From a virus (lineage: Duplodnaviria > Caudoviricetes): a stretch of 64,000 bases of DNA. Position 1 is the stretch's first letter, and each line of letters opens with the position of its first letter. The position numbers were made by a program, and so were the translations under genes. The notes below the pieces were generated by a model that was given only the letters and a program-made list of their open reading frames with translations, did no database searches and was not told where the DNA came from. The stretch lies in the IMG/VR virus record IMGVR_UViG_2879905790_000001, positions 132,982 through 196,981 of that record, one strand, 5' to 3'. Shown here piece after piece: positions 31,753-42,100 of the stretch.

Positions 31753-32976
31753 TTAATCTAATTGAACATCTTTAATTATTTCTACTTGATTATCTCCAAT
31801 AACAGCTATTGTTTGACTTGCAACTGTTGAGCATCCAAATCTTTTTGAAAAACTATTATATCCACTTAAACATCCAGTAGTTACAATATATCTTTTATTA
31901 TTTTCAGATTCTAATTTAAAATTATGCCAATGTCCTTGAAATAAAATATCATAAAATTCATCATCCATAGAAATTTCATTTTTCAATGTGGTTTTTCCAT
32001 CTTTATTATTTTGAATATCTCCATGAATAAATTTACATTTTAATCCGTTTATCTCTTTAATTATTTCTTTATCAGTATGATTTCTTTTTATGATATTTGC
32101 CCTTTTATTACCACTTAATTCATTATATCTTCTAATTTGTTCGGTAATTATATTGTCAGCATTATCCCCATCATAATTTGCTGAATAATCTCCATTCATT
32201 CTATCATGGTTTCCTGCTATAGAATCATATTCAACATAACAATATTTACATAAAGAAACTATTAAATAATAAATTAAGTCTATTGCTTTATTTATTTGTT
32301 CAGATTGTTGAAATTCACAATATTGATGTTGATTTTTTCTCATAGAATTATGTTCAATTGTGTCTCCAGTATTTATTAAATATATCTTTTTAATATTATA
32401 CATTTCTATGTATTTATAACATTCATTTATAAGTTTATCTATTCTTTGTTTTGCGACTTCGTAATTATAATAATTACCCTTACAATTATTTATAACACAT
32501 CCTATGTGAAGGTCGCTGATATTTAGAATCATAGTATGATTCTGTTTGTTAAAAGCTATTTCATTATTACAATATTCAGGTATAACAACCGTAAAATTGT
32601 TTTCTTCCATATATTTCTTTAGATCATTTGATAATTCAATAGTTTTAATAAATTCTCTTTTAATTCTATTTAATTTATTAGTTTTATTGCGAACTTCTTG
32701 TTTTTTTATATCTAACTCTCCTAGTATATTTTTAACTTCTTCTAATAAACTATCATCAGATATATTTTTTATATTTTCATTCTCTAACTTTTTAAACATT
32801 TTTTCTACAACGTAAAATGCTTTTCTTAAATTTTCTGAGGAATAAGTATTGTCTTCTTGTAGTATAATATTACCCCATTCTATGTAATCAATATCAAGTT
32901 CTTTCTTTCCAAGGGTTATTCTTTTATAATAATCAAATAAGCTTTCCCCTTCTTTTCTTTTTAGAATCTCCTCCAT
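31753..32976 (-). CDS. Metallophosphoesterase (SPbeta YonJ-like)
   Basis: SDLH, GD, GNHD, HGD and GHWH motifs. Confidence 0.88.
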   Translation of the reverse strand: MEEILKRKEGESLFDYYKRITLGKKELDIDYIEWGNIILQEDNTYSSENLRKAFYVVEKMFKKLENENIKNISDDSLLEEVKNILGELDIKKQEVRNKTNKLNRIKREFIKTIELSNDLKKYMEENNFTVVIPEYCNNEIAFNKQNHTMILNISDLHIGCVINNCKGNYYNYEVAKQRIDKLINECYKYIEMYNIKKIYLINTGDTIEHNSMRKNQHQYCEFQQSEQINKAIDLIYYLIVSLCKYCYVEYDSIAGNHDRMNGDYSANYDGDNADNIITEQIRRYNELSGNKRANIIKRNHTDKEIIKEINGLKCKFIHGDIQNNKDGKTTLKNEISMDDEFYDILFQGHWHNFKLESENNKRYIVTTGCLSGYNSFSKRFGCSTVASQTIAVIGDNQVEIIKDVQLD

Positions 32977-33029
32977 TATTTCTCTCCTTTGAAAACTATT
33001 TTAAAATATAATCATTAAATTATTTTATA

Positions 33030-33185
33030 TTAAAACTTTTCATCTAATATAAATTCACATCCATTTTCGCAATAGACTACATATGTACTTGTACCTACCT
33101 TTTCAATACTAAACTCATCTAATACTACTTCTCTACCACATTGGTTACATTTTATTTTTTCTCCATATCTTTCTTCTATGTTCAT
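33030..33185 (-). CDS. 51-aa Zn-ribbon protein
   Basis: Not in the ORF track. AGGAG RBS. CNQC...CENGC. Confidence 0.6.
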   Translation of the reverse strand: MNIEERYGEKIKCNQCGREVVLDEFSIEKVGTSTYVVYCENGCEFILDEKF

Positions 33186-33216
33186 CTTTTAAAAATTCTC
33201 CTTTAAAAAATATGTA

Positions 33217-34059
33217 TTAATTATCTTCTTTTATTAATTCATTAAGATCGTCATCATTTAAATGCTTTCCTAATATATCTGAAATCTCTAGATTTTCTTC
33301 CCTACACATAGCAATAGCTGTCTTTAATCCCATAGTTAATTCCTCTTTATTTCTAAGCATTGATAATGTTTGAGGTTTGGTCTTTTTATATGTATTATTT
33401 AAATAATTAGTCATTCTGCTATTTATATTAATACCATATCTATATAAAATATTCTTTTTCCATGTTATCCATGCTTGTGCAAAATTATGTATGCTTGAAC
33501 CATATCTTCTTACTAAAGCATTTATTATACTTTCATTAGCCCATTCAGAAACATCTTTAGCTAATAATTTATTTTCTTTTTCCAGATTAACTATTTGCTT
33601 TTGCTGATTTTCTATATTTACAAATAGACCTTTTACTATTTCTTTATGGGTATTATCTAAAGCATTAAAATATGTATTTACCATTAATTCTGCATTATTT
33701 ATATACCCACCTGTTTTACGAATTGTAGGTAATACTTCTTTAGTAACCCATTTTCTAAAAGGCTTAACTTTATCAGTTTTCATTTCCAGCATTAGATCAT
33801 AAAGCATTTCTTCAGTTAAATATTTGTGTCCGTTATGGACACAAGGTTTAATTTCAGCATTTTTAATATTATCATTAATTCTATCTTTTCTTGGATATAA
33901 CTTACCTGCTGAATTTTGCTTAACTTGTCCTAAAATCATTCCTGTAGAATATAACTCAAATAATGGCTCTCCATTTTCAATTATTATTTCTACATTTTGT
34001 CCTTCAAATTGTTTGGTTAATATTTCTTCTTGATTAATTTTTGTTAATTGATTTTTCAT
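33217..34059 (-). CDS. BRO-N domain (antirepressor-like) protein
   Basis: FRKWVTKEVLPTIRKTGGY. Confidence 0.88.
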   Translation of the reverse strand: MKNQLTKINQEEILTKQFEGQNVEIIIENGEPLFELYSTGMILGQVKQNSAGKLYPRKDRINDNIKNAEIKPCVHNGHKYLTEEMLYDLMLEMKTDKVKPFRKWVTKEVLPTIRKTGGYINNAELMVNTYFNALDNTHKEIVKGLFVNIENQQKQIVNLEKENKLLAKDVSEWANESIINALVRRYGSSIHNFAQAWITWKKNILYRYGININSRMTNYLNNTYKKTKPQTLSMLRNKEELTMGLKTAIAMCREENLEISDILGKHLNDDDLNELIKEDN

Positions 34060-34194
34060 AAAATCATTCCTCCTATATAATAAAATTTAAGTAGCCTTTC
34101 ACCTACTACGACCTCTCTGTTATGGACTTCTCACTCTTATCCATTTCTCTGTCATTATATAGGAGTACAATACTGTCTCACGACATGATGCACT

Positions 34195-34268
34195 TGGCAC
34201 AGGATGAAAGAATCGAACTCTCATAAGTGGGTTTGGAAGCCACCGTCTTGCCATTAGACGAACCCTGC
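34195..34268 (-). tRNA. trnW: tRNA-Trp (CCA)
   Basis: Cloverleaf GCAGGGT/ATCCTGT, D arm GTCT/AGAC, loop TTCCAAA, T loop TTCGATT, G73 and encoded CCA. C31:C39 mismatch. Confidence 0.85.
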
Positions 34269-34465
34269 ATATTATAAATACTAAAAATTCACCTGTTATA
34301 TAAAATAAAAGATGAATTTTATGGTATTTACAAAATCATATTTATTGTTGTATAATATAAATGTAGGATTACTCGATCCTATATTCTGTTGTATGGAATA
34401 AAAGAGATAGGTTTATAATCTATCTCTTTTATTTTTAGTCTATGCTTGTACAAGTCATAGCTATA

Positions 34466-34759
34466 TTACATTCTTAACTTTTTAAAATATTCTTTTTTAA
34501 TTTTATCTCTTTTTATCCACTGTTTAATCGAATCTCCATAATTAAACCATTCATTTTTTACTCTTTCTAAACTAAAATAATTATGCAGACTGTATTCATA
34601 ATCCATATTGCAATTATCTATTTTATGTATTAATTCTAAATTACAATTAGAAGTTTCTAATTGTTTTATTCTTCTTTTCAGATTCCTACTAAATCCAATT
34701 TTAACGAGATTAGCCGATATATCTAATATAAAATAGACTGTTCCATTTTTATTATTCAT
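34466..34759 (-). CDS. GIY-YIG / T5orf172-family protein
   Basis: VYFI...VKIGFSRNLKRRIKQL...E..LH..F...RV..EWF. Confidence 0.85.
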   Translation of the reverse strand: MNNKNGTVYFILDISANLVKIGFSRNLKRRIKQLETSNCNLELIHKIDNCNMDYEYSLHNYFSLERVKNEWFNYGDSIKQWIKRDKIKKEYFKKLRM

Positions 34760-34935
34760 ACAGACTTCCTTTTCTTTTATGTTTATTTTTATCAAGATAA
34801 AATTGTTCAAAATTATATGTATTTATTTTGTCATATTCATCTAATAACTCTATAATTTCTTCTTTAGAAATGTTATTTAATATTTTCTTAAAAGAACTTG
34901 AATACAAACCGACTATCTCCTTTTAAAAATATAAT

Positions 34936-35289
34936 TTATTTTAATTGTTTTAAAAGATTTTCAACCTTATCATTTAAAGAATCAAATCCTTCTAAAGTAA
35001 ATGAAGTATTTAAGCTTTTCAATACTGTTTTAGCAAATTCATTACTATCTTTTTTACCATCAATATTAATTGTTATATTTATAGGTCTTTTATTAAAATC
35101 TTCTTTATCAAAATCAATCTTTTTCATATCAATACTATCAATTGATGCTTTTTCATTTGTATACACTAAAATTTCTATAGTGTCATCTTCATTAATTTTA
35201 ATATTTTTTAATAAGCTATCTTTAGGAATTTTATTAAACTTTTTTAAATCTTCTATTGAAAAATAAAATTTATCAATATTCATTTTCAA
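34936..35289 (-). CDS. Hypothetical protein
   Basis: ORF with AGGAG RBS. Confidence 0.65.
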   Translation of the reverse strand: MKMNIDKFYFSIEDLKKFNKIPKDSLLKNIKINEDDTIEILVYTNEKASIDSIDMKKIDFDKEDFNKRPINITINIDGKKDSNEFAKTVLKSLNTSFTLEGFDSLNDKVENLLKQLK

Positions 35290-35346
35290 TTTTCTCCTTT
35301 TAAATGTTTTTATTAAATTATTTTATATAAAATCTTTGATTTATGA

Positions 35347-35574
35347 TTATTCTTTAATTGCTTTAATTGAACATGTCATTTCTATAGTATCTTTTTCATT
35401 CTCATATTTCTTACAAAATTCTAAAAACGTTCTTCCAATTTGTAATATGTTTTCCTCATCTGTATCTACACTATTAGACTTAACAACTTCAACTTTCACA
35501 CTTCCGTCTTCTAAAACTTCTGTAACTTGTCCTTTTAATTTGTATTCTTTCATATCTGTATCTTTTCTTGCCAT
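35347..35574 (-). CDS. Hypothetical protein
   Basis: ORF with AGGAG RBS. Confidence 0.65.
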   Translation of the reverse strand: MARKDTDMKEYKLKGQVTEVLEDGSVKVEVVKSNSVDTDEENILQIGRTFLEFCKKYENEKDTIEMTCSIKAIKE

Positions 35575-35612
35575 TCTAAAATCTCTCCTTTTAAAATATT
35601 ATTTTATTTTTT

Positions 35613-36856
35613 CTACATTAAGTCTGCTATTTCAGCTATTTTACTTCTATAAATATTATTTAATTCTACTTCCCCATAGAAATTTTGTCCTCTAAATACT
35701 TCAGACATTCTTTTCATTCCATTATTAGCTCCTGAAAAATTAATATCATCAACTTGTGTATTATAATCTCCATCAATAATACAAATACAATCTTGTCCTA
35801 TTCTTTGAAGTGCTAGTTTCATCATATCTATACTCATATTTTGTGATTCGGTTATATAGATACCTGCTTTCATTCCAGTTGTATCATATCCTCTAATATC
35901 ACTCATTGGAAGTAATACAATTTTATTTTGTTGAAGTAATAACTCCAATGCTAATTTATCTCCTAATTTACTACATAAAAAATTTCCTATGTTTGAATCT
36001 AGTAATTTTTCGTCTTTTGTACCAGGATAATATCCTAATTTTGATGCTCCTCTTGTAGCAATTGGATTAGTAAATATAATAATTTTTTCTAATTTTCCTT
36101 TTTCAAGTTGGCTAAATAGATAGCCCATAGATAAATAACTCTTACCACTTCCTGCTTTTCCTTTTACCATCGTTATTTGGTTGGTTTGAAAACTATCCAA
36201 TACACACATTTGATATCTATCTAATGCTTTTAAACTTCCTAACATATTAGATTTCATATTTTTATATTCTGTAGGCATTAATTTTTCACCATTCCACTTG
36301 TAAGAATCAACAGTATATCCATTTGCATCTTTGACAATTAAATATTCATTTTCTAATAATCCATATGTATTTTTATTTAAGCCATATTGGTAAAAGTTTG
36401 CTAACTCTTCATCAGTAAACTGTTTTTCAACATATCCTCTATAATTATCTTCATTTTTATCATTTAATGTTTCTGTTTTTAAATCAAATATTTTATTAGC
36501 TATATTCCAACAACAAATATCATTGGTTATAAATAATATTTGTTTCTTATTTTCAATTTCTAGTTGTTTGGCACAAGCTATTATCAAATTGTCATTACTT
36601 GTGTCTAAATTTAATTCTTCTAATAATTCATAATGCTTGGTTTGAACGATAATACATTCATATTTATCAATATTATCTTTTAAAAATTTGGATACTTGTC
36701 TTGCTTGATATCGAACTTCTGCATCTTTATTTTTACTTACTTTTATATGTTCTAATTCATGTAATACCATTGAAGAGGTATAAAAAAATCAATTGTATCT
36801 AATTTATCATACAACTTTAGTAAGGCATTGGTATCATAGAACTTTATTTTATCCAT
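35613..36856 (-). CDS. phoH: PIN-PhoH protein, frameshifted in a T7 run at 36782-36788
   Basis: Upstream frame MDKIKFYDTNALL (PIN motif, with RBS) joins YTSSMVLHELE if one T is added. GKAGSGKS, LGYYPG, IRG, ESQN, GDYNTQVD PhoH motifs. Confidence 0.85.
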
Positions 36857-36960
36857 TTTAATACTCCCTCTCTTTGAAGAGGTGGAAAGAATATTAATCT
36901 TCCCACGTACAAAGCTTTTATTATGTATATTTACATATTTAATTTTAAAATTGTTTTATA

Positions 36961-37248
36961 TTAAAGTAATTTGTCTTTTAGCCCTTTACCTATTTTTACT
37001 CTTACACCTTTATGTGCAGGAATAACTTTCTTACCTAATTCTGGCTGTCTAGGATTAGCTAAACACTCTCTTTCTGCAACTTCTTTGGTTTCTATTGTCA
37101 TAAATCCTGTTAATGCAACTTTATCTCCGTTTTCTAAAGCTTTTCCTACTACTTCTTCAAATGCTTTTAATGCTAATTCACATTGTTTTTGATTTAATTC
37201 TCCTTTAGTTTCTTCCACCATTGCTTTAATTGTTTCTTTTTTGTTCAT
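36961..37248 (-). CDS. hup: HU-like DNA-binding protein
   Basis: MNKKE..., GDKVALTGF, ANP, IPA, GKGLKD. Confidence 0.9.
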   Translation of the reverse strand: MNKKETIKAMVEETKGELNQKQCELALKAFEEVVGKALENGDKVALTGFMTIETKEVAERECLANPRQPELGKKVIPAHKGVRVKIGKGLKDKLL

Positions 37249-37361
37249 AATTTTGTTTCCTCCTTAAAATATCTCTTTTTAAAATTTTATTTTTTACTTT
37301 ACTCATTTAAGAGTTATTAATATTTAAAAATTTAGCTAAGTTTTTAAATTTATAATAATAG

Positions 37362-37663
37362 TGTAAGCTAAACAGCCTTGTGGACAACATAAAGTTAAAC
37401 TAGATTAATACTTATAACCAAACTCAAGGATTTTATCGAAATTTATACTTTAAATCCTCAACTTTAATAAATAAGAATTTTGAATCTTTATCTTTAAATT
37501 TTGATATTTAATACTTGAACTTTTATCTCAATATGTATTATTGTGTAAACACAGCAATACCCCAATTTTGCTTGATTTATTAATAATCAAAATCTTATAT
37601 TATCTTTATTAACCCAAAAGATATTAAGGGAATCTAGTATTCAATGTTTTCATTTAACTTACA
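37362..37663 (-). ncRNA. Candidate structured ncRNA with an internal heptamer-repeat track
   Basis: Closing stem TGTAAGTTAAAT/GTTTAGCTTACA. Further pairings ACTAGATT/AATCTAGT and CCTTG/CAAGG. 7-nt periodic AAAGTTC-like units at 37438-37523. Confidence 0.6.
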
Positions 37664-37681
37664 AATTACTTTATATTAAAT

Positions 37682-38314
37682 TTAATCTGGTATTTCTATA
37701 GTATTTCTTGAATTAGATTCACTTAATACAAAATCTACATTCATCTCGAAATCTTCTATCTTTTCTTCCAACTCTTTTACTAATTTATTTAACTTTAATG
37801 GGTCTATTACTTCATATCCATTTTGTTCTCTATATTCTTCAGAGAACTTTTTCATTCCATCAGTTTTTTTACCATCAGAATTCATCATAGCTTCTAATTG
37901 TCTATCTAAATTTAATTCCATTCTATCATTAGCTTCTGTAACCTTATGATTAATTCTTGCCAATTGTCTTTTCATAGTATCTAATAAATTTCTTTCATAT
38001 TCTATTGAAGATTTCCTTTCTATAGCATCAGCTACAGTCATTTTTTCTCCAGCCACATCAACTATAGTTTTTGCATTAGATTCTACTATTTTAGATTTTA
38101 TTATTCTTCTTCTATTTATTAAATCAGTTATACTTTGATGGTCTGATTGAACTATACTTTCAAATTTTTCTATTGTATATGTATTATTTATTTTACTTGA
38201 TGATTTCTTTTTATCAGCTATAAAAACCACATTGCCTATCTTATTATTTATTCTTGAATCTAACAATTTCAACTCCGCTAATGCTCTAGTTATTGATATT
38301 TTCACAAACAACAC
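37682..38314 (-). CDS. Coiled-coil protein, DIP1984 (septicolysin-annotated)-like family
   Basis: ITRALAELKLLD.RI, I.ESNA.T, MTVADAI, IDP, D..LSESN..T motifs. Family assignment is from memory. Confidence 0.7.
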   Translation of the reverse strand: MLFVKISITRALAELKLLDSRINNKIGNVVFIADKKKSSSKINNTYTIEKFESIVQSDHQSITDLINRRRIIKSKIVESNAKTIVDVAGEKMTVADAIERKSSIEYERNLLDTMKRQLARINHKVTEANDRMELNLDRQLEAMMNSDGKKTDGMKKFSEEYREQNGYEVIDPLKLNKLVKELEEKIEDFEMNVDFVLSESNSRNTIEIPD

Positions 38315-38493
38315 TCCTTAAAAATAATCTTTAAATTTAAACTTTTATATAATTATTTTTTATAAAATAACGAATTTATTTACTTGTCCCTTCTAAAAAA
38401 TAGGAGGGAGTGGGTAGGTTTTCTACCCATATCAATGAAAAAATTTTATCTATTTTATTTTAGTGTCTTTCCAACATTAAATTATTTTATATT

Positions 38494-38832
38494 AGCACCA
38501 GACCGTATTCTCGGCTAGACCATACTAATTTCTACTTATACTTCGTAGATTATAACTGCACTCAGTGAGCATTGTTAAGAGGCTTAGTGGGTTCTATTTT
38601 AATTGGAGCTATACTCCGTTGTTTATATTTTTCACAGTTTTATCTGCAATAGGAATGAGTTTTAAGTCTTCATCCCGACCATTTTTCAATGTTATTAATG
38701 TAGTGCTTGTAGGCAAAGGCTTACCTTACAATAACATTATTAATATTTCACTCCCCTTATACTGCCTACTGCTGTATAAGGATTATAGCTACAATTTTTT
38801 AGTAGTACCAAGGGAGTCATTCATACTCCTTC
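38494..38832 (-). ncRNA. Candidate multi-stem structured RNA
   Basis: GC-elevated, no credible ORF, at least seven hairpins (e.g. CCTTATAC/GTATAAGG, AATGTTATT/AATAACATT, GGAGT/ACTCC, TCTAC/GTAGA). Confidence 0.5.
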
Positions 38833-39144
38833 ATATTTGTCTTATATTACTATCTCAATCATCTGATTAAGATTTGTTTGTCAAATTGTTTTATTTATAA
38901 ATTCTTGATTTTATTGTATTTTACAGAGGATTGAGAAATATCAATCCTCTGGCTGATGTTTTTTACATTGTTTCAGCAAACAATTTTAACTAGTTTTCAC
39001 TTATATATTCATATATATAAGAAGAGGAAAATATTGATTTATTATCGCATCTCCCCTCCTATTAAAGCACGACTATGTAAATCTCTATAATCGTTGATAT
39101 CACTCGCTTAGAGGGTGATTTTTTTATTCAGAATTTGTCTTATT

Positions 39145-42100
39145 TTATTTAATCTTATCTGTTTGAAACATATTTAACAAACCTTTGCCGTATGTTTCAA
39201 ACAATATCTCTAAAGTTAAACTTTCTAGATCACTTTTTTTATTAACCTTATAATAAGTTTTATTAGTTTTTTTATTTTTTACTTTTCTTATACTTGTTAA
39301 ACACTCACTTAAAATATGGTACATTTCACTTTTTTTTATTTTTATTTTTCTAATTTTTTTTATACAATCGTTTTTTACGTATCTTATTTTATTTCTTTTT
39401 TCTGTGATATTTAAATTTCCATTAGTTCTATATCCTTTTATTTTTATATATGTATTTTTTAATAATTTAATTACTTGTTTAACTGCCTTATCATCATAAT
39501 CATTGGTATTTCTTTTAATTAATTGTATAACCTGTATAGTGCCGTTTTTTTTACTGTTTTTAATACCATCTAATTCTTTTTGTAGCCAATTCATAGGTGT
39601 GTCAATATTGTAATCATATATTTTTTCTTCCCATTCTTTTTGTATTTTATTATTTTCTTTTAATAATTTTATTAAATTTTTATCATTTTTATTAACTTCA
39701 TTAATTTTGATGTTTTTAGTTTTAGCATATTCTGCAATAGTATTTTTATCTAACTCATTTTTGTGTTTTTTATTAATTTTTCTCTTTTTCTTTTGTGCCT
39801 TGGTATCTCCGATGTATTTAAAGAAATAGGGCTTGACTCTCCTTGTGTCATATAGTCTTAGTTCTTTATATTTTAATGAAATTTGATTTTTGATTAATTT
39901 TACATCTTCCTCTTTTTCAAGATTTATATCTTCTATTTGTGATTTTAATTGATTGATTTTATTTAATGTTTTATTATTATTTTCTGAATTTAATTCTTTT
40001 TTTAATTTTCTTATCTCCTCATTTATTGGTTTTCTTTTCTCTTTTCTATATTTTTTTACTTGAATTTCAGTTTTCTTTAAATTATTTTTAATTGATTTTA
40101 TTTCTTCATTTATTTCTTCAACCTTTTTTTTATCAACTATTGGCAAACCAACTTTCATTTTTTCTAATTCTTTTGGTACATTGAGGTCTTTAAATTGTTT
40201 TTTTGCCTTATCTATTTCAACACATGATATACTACTTAATCTACTAGATTTGTCATACCATTTTTTTAAATCTTCTTCTGTGGCTTTATTGTTGTATTTT
40301 AAATGATTTAAAAGAGAATTTATTTCTTGAGATAAGTTAATCACACTTCCTATGTAATTTTGACTTATAATATGGTCTATATCACTCATATTCTCTCCTG
40401 TCATTTCACAATTATTTTTACCTGTATTTTCTACACAATTTACTGGTATAGGGGTATTACTCCAATCTATTTTTTCACAAGCATCAACAATTATTTTATT
40501 ATTCGTTAATAAAAGTGTATCAGAATCCATATCAGCACCTTGTAAAATAGTTAAAATAGGATACTTAATACTGTTTATTATTACTATGTTATCTGTGCAA
40601 TTCATATACTTACTCAATGTGTTATTTTTTTTATTAATCAAATTTGCTATATTGCCAGTTACAACATGAGGGTTTCTAAAACCAACTACCTTTTCATCAT
40701 TTTTAAATCTAGGACAATAAATTTCATTTTTTGTAAGAGTTATAGAATCTCCTTTAAATTGACCAAAAACAGCATAGAGCATTTCTATAGGATTACTACA
40801 AATAGTACAATAATCTCCTTCTACTCTTATTTTACCTCTCCTTAAATCTTTTATATAAGAATTTATAAAATTTCTTCTATAATCTTTAAATACTTGTGTG
40901 TTTTGAAACAGTGGATTTATTTTAACTAATTGAATAAAAGCATCGCATACATCAATTCTTCTCCCTATTTTTAGCTCTTCATCATCAATAATAATATCTT
41001 CAATTTCAGTCGTACTCTCTATATCCTGATTAACTTCTTGCATAAAAAAGTCTAAATTATCTTTTAATTTTTCTACGTATTTAATTTCATGTTTAACAAG
41101 ATTTTTAATATCTTGTTTAGTAAGTGGAATTGTGTTTACCATTTGATAACTTAATCTATTATATTTGCCATTATCAAATTTTGATGGTTTCTCATATTTA
41201 CAAACTGAAAATATTTTTCCACAATTGTCTTTATAATATTTTAACCATGCATTTTGCTTTAAATGTTTATACCCTTCTTTTTTGAGAACCTTTTTGTTAA
41301 ATTTAGCTAATTTAATACTAGAAGGTGTTGTGATTAATTTAATATCTTTAACTTTAATTTTATTATGGCATATATCTTCTACTTCATAGGTTTCATAATC
41401 CTTATTATTTTCCACACACCAATCTTTAATAAATTGTTGTATATTAGTATTAAAAGCACAACTTTTTGTTAATCTATTTCTTAATAAAGCCATTCCTTTT
41501 CCTTTTATAAGTTCATTTTCATTAAATATTGATACATCTAAAAGTGCTTCTCCGTCCCGAATACTATTACATTCTTTTATTGTTTCTGTTTCGGTTATTA
41601 ATTCTTTGTTCTTTAAATATGTTTTACTCATTCTCCAAGGAAATTCACTTTCAAAATCTTTTATCACTAATATACTATTAGGGTCTATTTCTATAGTTCC
41701 TATTACACTTGATAATGGTAAACTTTCGTATGCTCTTACACTAGCTACATCTTCTTTTTCTTCAAATTCTAATCCCATTCTAGCCCATAATAAACATTCA
41801 TTTTTAATATTATCCAATAAAAATAAATTTTCACCTTGTCTTGCTTTTCCACTACTTCTTTTCCAATTTGTTAATTTATTTCCACTGAATACAAAGCCGT
41901 TTTTATATGTCCAATCTCGTAAATCTTTAGTTGTTAATTCTGTATTTTTTTCTTTATATTTGTTATTATATTTTATATTAATGACATCTAAGGTATATAA
42001 CTTACCATTGATTTTTTTAATATTTATATTATTGACTAATACTTCATTTTGTATTAATTCATGCGAAGAATCCAATTTACCATTTAATAGTTTGTCTAAA

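Noticed and set aside
34195-34268. tRNA-Gly (TCC) reading of the anticodon loop
   Set aside because: Stem register centres CCA, and discriminator G73 fits Trp rather than Gly.
38565-38870. Plus-strand 101-aa ORF
   Set aside because: No RBS, opposite to local transcription, atypical composition. Better explained as the antisense of a structured RNA.
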